64,000 bases of DNA from an uncultured virus (IMG/VR IMGVR_UViG_3300027159_000392) (lineage: Duplodnaviria > Heunggongvirae > Uroviricota > Caudoviricetes), in IMG/VR virus record IMGVR_UViG_3300027159_000392. One strand, given 5' to 3'. The notes beneath the pieces are model-generated. The model saw nothing but the letters and a program-made list of their open reading frames with translations. It searched no databases and was not told where the DNA came from. Made by a program: the position numbers and the translations under genes. Shown here piece after piece: positions 49,543 to 58,241 of the stretch (positions are counted from its first letter, which is position 1; the number at the start of each line of letters is the position of its first letter).

Positions 49543-50570
49543 TGGCATACGAAAATATACTCAACAATTTAAAAGAGACCCCACCCCGAGCGTTGAATGA
49601 CCATATCCTGGTCATAGATGCTATGAATATGCTTATTCGTAGTTTCTCATTGCTCAAAGCGATGAACCCATCAGGTCACCATGTAGGTGGCTTGGTAGGG
49701 TTTCTTCGTTCTTTAGGCTACGTAACTAGGATATTCGATCCTACTAGAGTTATGATAGTATGGGACGGTAAAGGAGGTTCAGCTAATAGAAAAAATATAG
49801 ATCCTAATTATAAAGCTCAGAGGGCAACATCTAGAATTACTCACTGGGGACTTTACGATAGTAAGGCTGAAGAAATGGAAGCTTTAATAGGGCAACTTTA
49901 TAGGACTCAAGATTATCTAGAATGCTTACCAGTACAGCAATTGCAGATGGAGAAGTTAGAAGCGGATGATATTATAGCATACATTGCAAAGAGAGCATCT
50001 ATGAGTGATGTTAAGAAATGTACTATTATTTCTTCTGATAAAGACTTCTTACAACTAGTAGACGATACAATCGAAGTGTATGCACCGGTTAAAAAGAAAA
50101 CCTTTACAGAGAGTAATATATTCGATGAACTTAAGGTATTACCAGAGAATTACAACGTAGTTAAAGCATTACTAGGAGACAATTCAGATAATTTAGCAGG
50201 AGTTAAAGGATTAGGTATAAAAACTATTATATCTGAATTTCCAGACCTGGTAAATAAGCCCGGAACTACTTTGGAGTACGTATATAATGTATGCGCTGCT
50301 AAATTAGAAGAGAAAAAGTTTAAAAAGATATTTCCTAAAATCATCACTGAGTGGGATAGAGTCGAAACAAACTATAAACTAATGGATCTAAATGTATCTG
50401 ACTTAGACGAGAAAGAAAAATCATTCGTAGTAGATACTATTAAGAGCCCTGTACCTGACTTGCAGACTGGAGCATTTCTTAGACTATTAGAAAAGGATAA
50501 AATTGAAGGTATTACTAAAAATACAGAAGGTTGGTTAGAGAATTTTAGAGGGTTAACAGTTAGGTCATGA
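49542..50570 (+). CDS. 5'-3' exonuclease/RNase H (FEN/PIN fold)
   Basis: VIDAMN, VWDG, YKAQR, EADD, SSDKDFLQL, LLGDNSDNLAGVKGLG.KT. Confidence 0.9.
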   Translation: MAYENILNNLKETPPRALNDHILVIDAMNMLIRSFSLLKAMNPSGHHVGGLVGFLRSLGYVTRIFDPTRVMIVWDGKGGSANRKNIDPNYKAQRATSRITHWGLYDSKAEEMEALIGQLYRTQDYLECLPVQQLQMEKLEADDIIAYIAKRASMSDVKKCTIISSDKDFLQLVDDTIEVYAPVKKKTFTESNIFDELKVLPENYNVVKALLGDNSDNLAGVKGLGIKTIISEFPDLVNKPGTTLEYVYNVCAAKLEEKKFKKIFPKIITEWDRVETNYKLMDLNVSDLDEKEKSFVVDTIKSPVPDLQTGAFLRLLEKDKIEGITKNTEGWLENFRGLTVRS

Positions 50571-50986
50571 AGAAAGCAATAATAGTCAGCGGATATTTCA
50601 ATCCCTTACATAAAGGACACTTAGAGTTATTTGATAAAGCTAAAGAAGCTGGTGACGCTTTAATAGTTATCGTTAATAATGATAAACAGAGGGAAATAAA
50701 AGGTTCATCGTTTTTTATGGATGAAGCAGAAAGAGTACAGATCATAAGAGCTCTTACAGTAGTAGATATGGCTTGGATTTCAGTGGACGAAGACAGTACT
50801 CAAAACGATACCTTAAAACTTATGTTCAGCAAGTTTCACGAAACGTATAAACTAGCATTTGCAAACGGAGGAGATCAAAATAATAGTACTATTCCAGAAA
50901 GAAAAATCTGTGAACAGTACGGTATAGAATTAATTGACGGATTAGGTGATAAAATTCAATCTAGTAGTTGGTTATTAAACAAATAA
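50567..50986 (+). CDS. Cytidylyltransferase-like nucleotidyltransferase (HxGH)
   Basis: SGYFNPLHKGH, VIVNND, FANGGD, KIQSSS. Confidence 0.85.
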   Translation: MKKAIIVSGYFNPLHKGHLELFDKAKEAGDALIVIVNNDKQREIKGSSFFMDEAERVQIIRALTVVDMAWISVDEDSTQNDTLKLMFSKFHETYKLAFANGGDQNNSTIPERKICEQYGIELIDGLGDKIQSSSWLLNK

Positions 50987-51018
50987 ATCATATATTAATT
51001 AAACAAACAAGGTTATAG

Positions 51019-52368
51019 ATGACATTAAAGAGCTTACAACAATACGGGAAGGGGTTCCAATTAAAAGTACTTGGATCATTACTTACAGACAAAAGTTTTC
51101 TACTTAACGTTAGAGACGTACTTCACGATTTTTATTTTGATGCAGATTCCCATAAATGGATAATTAACGAAATTGTTAAATATTTCGATAAGTATCATAC
51201 TAACATTACAATGGATGTACTTAAAGTAGAACTTCAGAAATTAGAAAACGAAGTACTTCAAGTAGCTCTTAAAGAAGAATTAAGAAACTCATACGAGGCT
51301 TCTCAAGATGATTTAGAGTATGTACAAGAAGAGTTTCAAACGTTCTGTAAGAATCAAGAAATGAAATCTGCAATACTTAACTCAGCCGACTTGCTTAAAG
51401 AACATGATTTTGATGGTATCAGAAACATGATTGAGAAAGCTATGAAAGCTGGTATGGATAAAAATATCGGACATGAATACAATAAAGACGTTGAAACTCG
51501 TTACAGAACTGACTATCGTCCTACTATTCCTAGTCCTTGGCCTATCCTTAATGATGGACTACAGGGAGGATTTGGACCTGGTGACTTGGCTATTATATTT
51601 GGTAATCCGGGAGGTGGTAAGTCTTGGACTTGTGTTGCTATGGCTGCTCATGCTGTTAAGATGGGCTATAAAGTCAACTATTATACTTTGGAACTCGGAG
51701 AAGATTACGTCGGTAAGAGATTTGACTGTTATTTTACAGGGCACTCTATTGATGAAGTTAATAACCACCGTAAAGAAGTTCAGACACACGTTGACGGCCT
51801 TAAAGGAGCGTTAATTGTTAAAGAGTATGCACCGAAATCAGCTTCAGTAGGTAGTATAAGATCACATATACAGAAGTGTGCTGATATGGATCATAAACCA
51901 GACCTAGTCATAATTGATTATGTTGATTACTTAAGAGCACCTTCTAGAGGTTCTAAGTTTGCTGAACGTAAAGATGAAATAGACGACGTATTTATTGCTA
52001 CTAAAGGATTAGCTAAAGAATTAAAGATACCAATCATTACACCTTCACAGGTAAACAGAATGGGAGCTAAAGATTCAGTAATCGAAGGTGATAAAGCAGC
52101 TGGTTCGTATGATAAGATGATGGTAGCAGATATTTGTTTATCTTTATCTAGGCAAAAAGAAGATAAGGTACTCGGTACCGGGAGAGTCCATGTTATGAAA
52201 AACAGATACGGTCAAGACGGAATGACCTATAATGTTAAAATGGATACGAATAATGGTCATATAGAGTTTGAAGGTAAAGTAGATCCTTCAGATTTAATTG
52301 AGCCAGGAGGAGATAGTAACTTCACAGTTGATAGAGCTACTGTAAATAAAATTTTTGATAAAATTTAA
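51019..52368 (+). CDS. DnaB-like replicative helicase (gp41-like)
   Basis: GNPGGGKS, YYTLE, IIDYVD, SQVNR, KNRYG. Confidence 0.9.
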   Translation: MTLKSLQQYGKGFQLKVLGSLLTDKSFLLNVRDVLHDFYFDADSHKWIINEIVKYFDKYHTNITMDVLKVELQKLENEVLQVALKEELRNSYEASQDDLEYVQEEFQTFCKNQEMKSAILNSADLLKEHDFDGIRNMIEKAMKAGMDKNIGHEYNKDVETRYRTDYRPTIPSPWPILNDGLQGGFGPGDLAIIFGNPGGGKSWTCVAMAAHAVKMGYKVNYYTLELGEDYVGKRFDCYFTGHSIDEVNNHRKEVQTHVDGLKGALIVKEYAPKSASVGSIRSHIQKCADMDHKPDLVIIDYVDYLRAPSRGSKFAERKDEIDDVFIATKGLAKELKIPIITPSQVNRMGAKDSVIEGDKAAGSYDKMMVADICLSLSRQKEDKVLGTGRVHVMKNRYGQDGMTYNVKMDTNNGHIEFEGKVDPSDLIEPGGDSNFTVDRATVNKIFDKI

Positions 52369-52411
52369 CTAATTTGGTGATGAATAGTAAATATATATTC
52401 TATTTATTACC

Positions 52412-52444
52412 ATGCCCGAAAGACATAGTCCGCCGGGTGTTTTT
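52412..52444 (+). promoter_or_regulatory. Structured leader/hairpin upstream of RNR beta
   Basis: ATGCCCG...CGGGTGT outer stem enclosing GAC-ata-GTC, followed by TTTT. Confidence 0.45.
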
Positions 52445-52475
52445 GTCTAACAATACCAATAATATATAAAGATAT

Positions 52476-53453
52476 ATGAGTTTACTAGAAGAAAGAGTTG
52501 TGTACAAGCCTTTTGAATACCCTAAAGCATACGATTACTGGTTAAAGCAACAACAAGCACACTGGCTTCATACTGAAGTACCAATGTCGCAAGATGTTAC
52601 TGACTGGAAATCTAACCTAAAAGCACATGAAAAAAATGTTGTAGGTGGGATACTTAAAGGATTTGCACAAACTGAGACTGTTGTTAATGACTATTGGTCA
52701 ACACTAGTCACTAAATGGTTTAGAAAACCGGAGATTATCATGATGGGAACGACTCTTGGGTCTAGTGAAACTATCCATGCAGAAGCTTACTCACTATTAA
52801 ATGAACAACTAGGTTTAGATAACTTTGCTGAGTTTATGGAGGATGAAGCTACAATGGCTAAGATTGAAAACCTTATGAATGTCAGAGATGGTCATAATGG
52901 AGAACCTAATTGGCACGATAGAGCTAAGTCTCTTGCAATTTTTTCCGCGTTTACGGAAGGTGTTAACTTATTTAGTTCCTTCGCAGTTCTTTTGTCGTTT
53001 AAGATGAGAAACAAACTTAAAGGAGTAGGGCAGATCGTTGAATGGTCTGTACGAGATGAGTCTCTACACTCTGAAGCAGGATGTTGGTTATTCAGGACAT
53101 TAATGAAGGAACATCCTGAGTTTAAAACTGATGCTTTAATACAGGATATTGAAGAAGCAGCAAAAAATGCTTTACAATTAGAGTTTGATTTTATTGATAA
53201 GATATTCGAAATGGGTGATTTAGAGAACCTAACTAAAAACGAATTAAAAAACTTTATTAAGCATAGAGTAAATACTAAGATGGCAGATTTAGGTCTTTCA
53301 CCTATAGTAGCATCAGAAGATATAGATAAAGGAGCATTGAAGACTATGAAATGGTTTGACGCAGTTATTGCAGGTAAACAACAAACAGATTTCTTTGCAA
53401 GTAGAGTTACAAATTATAGTAAAGGACATTTAGACTGGTCAGCAGCATTTTAA
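52476..53453 (+). CDS. nrdB: Ribonucleotide reductase class I beta subunit
   Basis: YKPFEYP, AHW...E, FAQTE, ETIHAEAY, EG..LFSSF, RDESLH, DFF..RVTNYSK. Confidence 0.95.
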   Translation: MSLLEERVVYKPFEYPKAYDYWLKQQQAHWLHTEVPMSQDVTDWKSNLKAHEKNVVGGILKGFAQTETVVNDYWSTLVTKWFRKPEIIMMGTTLGSSETIHAEAYSLLNEQLGLDNFAEFMEDEATMAKIENLMNVRDGHNGEPNWHDRAKSLAIFSAFTEGVNLFSSFAVLLSFKMRNKLKGVGQIVEWSVRDESLHSEAGCWLFRTLMKEHPEFKTDALIQDIEEAAKNALQLEFDFIDKIFEMGDLENLTKNELKNFIKHRVNTKMADLGLSPIVASEDIDKGALKTMKWFDAVIAGKQQTDFFASRVTNYSKGHLDWSAAF

Positions 53454-53463
53454 TATATAAGTT

Positions 53464-55179
53464 ATGAGCATAATAGTAGATACCAGCAATTGGGAAGCTG
53501 GAAAAGATTACCCAGAATGGATGAATGATGTTTCACTTGCAACTATCTCAAAAGGATATATGCTCCCGGGTGAAACACCAAAAAAAGCATATAGAAGAGT
53601 CGCTTCTACAATAGCTAAAAGATTAGACCGTCCGGATCTAGAGAATAAATTCTTTAGGTACATTTGGAAAGGATGGTTGAACTTAGCCTCTCCTGTACTT
53701 TCAAACACAGGAACTGACAGAGGATTACCAATCTCATGTTTCGGAATCGATACCCCCGACAGTATACGAGGAATTGGGTTAACCAATGCTGAACTCATGA
53801 GATTGACCTCTTTAGGTGGAGGAGTAGGAATCGGGCTTTCTAAGATAAGAGGAAGAGAAGAGAAAATAGGAGACGGTTCTATGGGAAGCTCTGAAGGAGT
53901 TGTGCCATGGGCTAAGATTTATGACTCAACTATTATTGCTACTAATCAAGGAGCAGTAAGAAGAGGAGCAGCCTCTGTTAATCTCGATATTAATCACCCA
54001 GATATAGAAGAATACCTGGAGATACGTAGACCTAAAGGAGACCCAAATAGACAGTGTCTAAACCTACATCAATGCGTTGTAGTGGATGATAACTTTATGC
54101 AAAAACTAGAGCATAGAGACGCTGATGCAATGGGATTATGGGTTAAAATACTAAAGTCTAGAGTGGAGACTGGAGAGCCTTATATCATGTATAAGGATAC
54201 AGTTAATAATGCTAATCCACCTGCATATAAAAAGAACAACCTGGATGTTAGTATGACTAATATCTGTTCTGAGATTACTTTACATACAGACGAAGAACAT
54301 AGTTTTATTTGCTGTCTTTCTTCTGTTAATTTAAGTAAATGGCACGAATGGAAAAATAGCGATTTAATTGAAACTTCAATTTATTTTCTAGACGGAGTAT
54401 TAGAAGAGTTCTTAGCTAAAACTTCTGGTAGAGATTCTTTAATTAGAGCTCATAGATCTGCTAAAAAAGGTAGAGCAATTGGATTAGGAGTTTTAGGATG
54501 GCATACACTACTACAAAACGAAAAGATTCCATTCACTTCTATTGCAGCAACATCACTTACTCACCAAATATTTTCGGATATTAGAACTAAAGCTGAAGCA
54601 GCTTCAAGACAATTAGCTATAGAGTATGGAGAACCAGTTTGGTGTAAAGGAACAGGAATGAGAAACACTCACGTAATGGCTATTGCTCCAACAGTATCAA
54701 ATAGTACAATAGCTGGAGGAGTATCTGCCGGCATTGAACCTGTACCAGCTAACGTATATACATTTAACTCTGCTAAAGGCACATTTATCAGAAAAAACCC
54801 TGCTTTAGAAACGTACCTTGCAGATAAAGGAGCTAATACTGAAGAAGTATGGGATCAGATCATGAAAGATAGAGGAAGCATCGCTAATCTACCTGAAGAT
54901 GTTATGCCAGCGGACGATAAACCAATATTTTTAACATTTGCAGAAATTAACCAATTAGCTTTGGTTGAACAAGCAGGTGCTAGACAGAAATATATTGATC
55001 AAACACAATCACTAAATTTAGCTTTTGATCCTACAGATTCACCTAAATTTATTAATGAAGTCCATCAAGCAGCATGGAGATTTGGAGTAAAAACACTATA
55101 TTATTTAAGAACAGATTCTGTGATTAATGGAGATATAGGTTCTAGAACATCTTTAGATTGCTTAAGTTGTGATGGCTAA
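53464..55179 (+). CDS. nrdA: Ribonucleotide reductase class I alpha subunit (no ATP cone)
   Basis: SPVLSN, GLPISCF, QG.VRRGA, TNICSEI, CCLSS.N, AIAPT.S, KTLYY.R, C-terminal CLSCDG. Confidence 0.95.
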   Translation: MSIIVDTSNWEAGKDYPEWMNDVSLATISKGYMLPGETPKKAYRRVASTIAKRLDRPDLENKFFRYIWKGWLNLASPVLSNTGTDRGLPISCFGIDTPDSIRGIGLTNAELMRLTSLGGGVGIGLSKIRGREEKIGDGSMGSSEGVVPWAKIYDSTIIATNQGAVRRGAASVNLDINHPDIEEYLEIRRPKGDPNRQCLNLHQCVVVDDNFMQKLEHRDADAMGLWVKILKSRVETGEPYIMYKDTVNNANPPAYKKNNLDVSMTNICSEITLHTDEEHSFICCLSSVNLSKWHEWKNSDLIETSIYFLDGVLEEFLAKTSGRDSLIRAHRSAKKGRAIGLGVLGWHTLLQNEKIPFTSIAATSLTHQIFSDIRTKAEAASRQLAIEYGEPVWCKGTGMRNTHVMAIAPTVSNSTIAGGVSAGIEPVPANVYTFNSAKGTFIRKNPALETYLADKGANTEEVWDQIMKDRGSIANLPEDVMPADDKPIFLTFAEINQLALVEQAGARQKYIDQTQSLNLAFDPTDSPKFINEVHQAAWRFGVKTLYYLRTDSVINGDIGSRTSLDCLSCDG

Positions 55180-55192
55180 CTATTTATAAGTA

Positions 55193-55732
55193 ATGAAAAC
55201 AGTTAAACTTCAAAATACGGTCAATTCTGCAGATATGCATGAATTAGAAATATACCACACTGCTATTACCGCTAGTAACTTACTTACTAGTAGTGTTTCA
55301 TCAAGTGGTATATTTACTGGAGTAGATTTATTTAAGGGACTACAATTTCAAGTAGAAGATGATATTAATCAGTTTTTTATCAAAAACCTTACCTTATGTA
55401 CAAATATAGGTTCAGGATCTCTAGGGGAAGCTACTAGTAATGTACGATTCTACGATGTATATCCTGGAGATTATAGTACCGTTAATGTGTTAGGAACAAT
55501 TGAAAGAACTTCTGCAATACCTACTACTAACAGACAGAACTTTGCTCTTCATCCGACACTGACCCTTACGGCAACTGTGAATTATCCTTACGAATTCTCC
55601 GCTTGGTACTCAAATGCCGCTTTTACAGGATCTGCTTTATCTAATAATAATCCTGTTACTATTTCTATCAATGATTTTGATGATACCACCACTTGGTATG
55701 TACAGACTCAACTGGGAGATAATTACTACTAA
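55193..55732 (+). CDS. Putative virion protein embedded in the replication module
   Basis: Has its own TATTTATA motif at 55181; Ser/Thr-rich; resembles 9806..10285. Confidence 0.5.
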   Translation: MKTVKLQNTVNSADMHELEIYHTAITASNLLTSSVSSSGIFTGVDLFKGLQFQVEDDINQFFIKNLTLCTNIGSGSLGEATSNVRFYDVYPGDYSTVNVLGTIERTSAIPTTNRQNFALHPTLTLTATVNYPYEFSAWYSNAAFTGSALSNNNPVTISINDFDDTTTWYVQTQLGDNYY

Positions 55733-55783
55733 AGTTGGTTTTACGAAAGGATTTTCGTATCTTATAATAAAACAAATAGTTAT

Positions 55784-55942
55784 ATGTCAAAAAACAGCGC
55801 AAAGCAAAGAATTACACAATTAAAAGAATGGTTAGTAACCTTTAAGAAAGGTGCTCCTGTACAAGAAGGTAAACGTACTTCTAAATTTTCTAAAGCAGAT
55901 CATTACAAAAAGAAAAATAGATATGGCAAAAAAAGCAATTAA
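55784..55942 (+). CDS. Small basic hypothetical protein (52 aa, not in ORF track)
   Basis: MSKNSAKQRITQLKEWL...YGKKSN*, directly after a TTG-N20-TATCTT promoter at 55735-55763. Confidence 0.55.
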   Translation: MSKNSAKQRITQLKEWLVTFKKGAPVQEGKRTSKFSKADHYKKKNRYGKKSN

Positions 55943-56186
55943 GTTTAGTGCTTCATGGTGCGGACCATGTAGATCTTACGCTCCGGTATGGAACAAGGTC
56001 AAAGAAGAAATCACAGACGGAGTAGAATACATTGAAGTAGATATTGATAGTGATACAAAAGGCTTAGCAGCTGAGTATCAAGTTAGATCTGTACCTACTA
56101 CAGTCATTATTCAAGAAAACGGAGATACATCGAAACATGTAGGACTTCAGACTTCACAAAACCTTAAAGAATTAATTTTATTTTAA
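55923..56186 (+). CDS. trxA: Thioredoxin
   Basis: KFSASWCGPC, VRSVPT; ATG at 55923 preferred over 55851. Confidence 0.9.
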   Translation: MAKKAIKFSASWCGPCRSYAPVWNKVKEEITDGVEYIEVDIDSDTKGLAAEYQVRSVPTTVIIQENGDTSKHVGLQTSQNLKELILF

Positions 56187-56187
56187 T

Positions 56188-56490
56188 ATGTTACGAAAAC
56201 CAGATTCAATACCCTCTACAGATACGATCGTAAAAGATCCTGTTATGGAACCATTTTTCATCTCTAAATCTGCTAGTGGTGGATTTACAGTTTATGAAAG
56301 AGTTATTAAAGGAGACAACGATACTCCTTACATTAAGACAGTCTCTTACCCAGGTAATTTTGGAGCAGCACTGAAAACAGTTGCAAGAGAATTACTTAAT
56401 GGAGACCCTAATAAAAAAGTATATTCATTAAAAGAATATGCAGACCGTTGGAAGACAATAGGAAATTCCTTATCTTCTATATTAGAATAA
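56188..56490 (+). CDS. Hypothetical protein
   Basis: 100-aa ORF. Confidence 0.55.
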   Translation: MLRKPDSIPSTDTIVKDPVMEPFFISKSASGGFTVYERVIKGDNDTPYIKTVSYPGNFGAALKTVARELLNGDPNKKVYSLKEYADRWKTIGNSLSSILE

Positions 56491-56520
56491 CGTTCGCCTA
56501 TACGTTTTTAATACCTGGCA
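56489..56520 (+). ncRNA. Candidate H-type pseudoknot in the queC leader
   Basis: Stem AACGT/ACGTT with loop TCGCCTAT; loop GCC can pair with GGC at 56517-56519. Confidence 0.35.
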
Positions 56521-56539
56521 ATTTTTAAATATAATTAAG

Positions 56540-57358
56540 ATGGCAAAAAATGTTGTTGTAAGTCTAAGCGGAGGGATGGACTCCTCTACATTATTACTCA
56601 GATGTTTAAAAGAGTACGATCAAGTAACTGCTATATCTTTTGATTACGGTCAGAAGCATAGAGTTGAGCTAGAAAGAGCACAATCATTAGTAAATTATAT
56701 TAATGAGACTTGCCCTTCTGATAACGAATGTTTCGGAGGTTGCAAGATTAACTATCAAGTTATTAAACTAGACGGTTTAGTTAACTTACTAAATTCAGCA
56801 CTAACTGAAGGAGGAGAAGATGTACCGGAAGGTCATTATGAAGAAGATAACATGAAAGCTACAGTAGTACCTAATAGGAACAAGATATTTGCTTCTTTAG
56901 TACAAGCAGTAGCATTATCAGCAGCTACATCTAATGGTAACGATACAGATATCGCATTAGGAATTCATGCTGGTGATCATGCAATCTATCCTGACTGTAG
57001 ACAAGAGTTTAGAGATGCTGACGATAATGCCTTTAGATTAGGTAATTGGGAAGCTGAGAAAGTAGGGTATTTTACTCCTTATTTAGATACAGATAAACTA
57101 GGAATCTTAAAAGATGGACAGAAACTCATTAAAGAATTGGAATTGGATTTTAACGAAGTATACAAAAGAACGAATACCTCGTACAAACCATATCCAAGTG
57201 GAAACTCTGACTACAAAAGCGCTTCATCAGTTGAACGTATTGAAGCATTCATTGATTTGGGTGTTAATGATCCCGTTCAATATGAAGACGAAACTGGACC
57301 AGTTGATTATGAAGTTGCGAAAACACATGTAGCAAAATTACTAGCAGAATATGCATAA
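56540..57358 (+). CDS. queC: 7-cyano-7-deazaguanine (preQ0) synthase
   Basis: VSLSGGMDSST, FDYGQKH..EL, TVVPNRN, GIHAGD..IYPDCR.EF. Confidence 0.92.
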   Translation: MAKNVVVSLSGGMDSSTLLLRCLKEYDQVTAISFDYGQKHRVELERAQSLVNYINETCPSDNECFGGCKINYQVIKLDGLVNLLNSALTEGGEDVPEGHYEEDNMKATVVPNRNKIFASLVQAVALSAATSNGNDTDIALGIHAGDHAIYPDCRQEFRDADDNAFRLGNWEAEKVGYFTPYLDTDKLGILKDGQKLIKELELDFNEVYKRTNTSYKPYPSGNSDYKSASSVERIEAFIDLGVNDPVQYEDETGPVDYEVAKTHVAKLLAEYA

Positions 57359-57497
57359 TCGAGACCAATCAACTAACGGGAATACCCAGTTAAATTCTGA
57401 AAGATCAAATGTCAATCAGAGAATAAGTAGATACGCTATGCTGGGTAATTCTAGGAAAGCTAAGTGGGACGGAGTAAGAAGAAACCGCACTATTTAG
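57351..57497 (+). CDS. Small hypothetical protein (48 aa, not in ORF track)
   Basis: MHNRDQSTNGNTQLNSER...KWDGVRRNRTI*, overlapping the queC stop. Confidence 0.4.
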   Translation: MHNRDQSTNGNTQLNSERSNVNQRISRYAMLGNSRKAKWDGVRRNRTI

Positions 57498-57503
57498 CAG
57501 GTA

Positions 57504-57577
57504 GGGGGATTAGCTCAGCTGGCTAGAGCGCCTGCCTTGCACGCAGGAGGTCATCGGTTCGACTCCGATATTCTCCA
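57504..57577 (+). tRNA. tRNA-Ala (TGC), CCA not encoded
   Basis: Acceptor GGGGGAT/ATTCTCC with G3:U70; D arm TAGCTCAGCTGGCTAGAGC; anticodon arm CCTGC-CTTGCAC-GCAGG; T arm ATCGG-TTCGACT-CCGAT. Confidence 0.97.
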
Positions 57578-57593
57578 CAATATATAATAAGGT

Positions 57594-58241
57594 ATGAGTA
57601 TACTTATAATTACAAATCCAAGATCAGGATCAACAGCATTATTGACTACCTTAGCTAGATGTATAGGGTATAGAGGAGTACATGAACCTTTAAATCCTAT
57701 TTTTAAGCATCCTCTATTCCTATCTCCTCCTCACTTAGATTACTCAGATATAGATTTTGATAATATAGGAAAAGACGATAAGTTGGTAGTAAAATGTATG
57801 ACTCACCAATACCCTGAGACAACTGATGCTTATAGCTATTTTCTTAATTTTGCAAAGCAGTTTAAACACGTTATAATTTTAAGCAGAAGAGATGTAAATG
57901 CACAAGCAATGAGCTATGCTATAGCACAAAAAAGATCTAAACTATCCGGAAAGAATGATTTTCAGACACAGTATAGTTCTGATTATAAAGTTTCTCAAGA
58001 AGAAATCGATGCTAAAATAAATTTTTACGTTAATGAAAAAACTAAAATAGAACTTTTATCGTTAGATTTAAATACTGATATTACTTGGTATGAAGATGTG
58101 TTCAGTTCTTATAGTTCAATAAGATTAAAACAACTTGGCGAAATAAGAGATATAAATGGATTTAATGAGAAACTTTACGTAGAACGTACTAATCCTAATA
58201 ATAGATTGAGAAAAGACACAAACAATAGAAGCATAATATGA
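57594..58241 (+). CDS. Sulfotransferase-like protein
   Basis: PAPS-binding loop ITNPRSGST.L; HEP.N; ILSRRD..AQA.S; WYED. Confidence 0.75.
   Translation: MSILIITNPRSGSTALLTTLARCIGYRGVHEPLNPIFKHPLFLSPPHLDYSDIDFDNIGKDDKLVVKCMTHQYPETTDAYSYFLNFAKQFKHVIILSRRDVNAQAMSYAIAQKRSKLSGKNDFQTQYSSDYKVSQEEIDAKINFYVNEKTKIELLSLDLNTDITWYEDVFSSYSSIRLKQLGEIRDINGFNEKLYVERTNPNNRLRKDTNNRSII

Noticed and set aside
52374..52400. TTG...TATATT as another early promoter before nrdB
   Set aside because: The spacing is 17 nt rather than the 20 nt seen at the nine accepted sites.
55851..55922. N-terminal extensions in the ORF track (55851 thioredoxin, 62079 queE, 4969 small ORF)
   Set aside because: Each overlaps an upstream gene and has a better internal ATG (55923, 62115, 5011).
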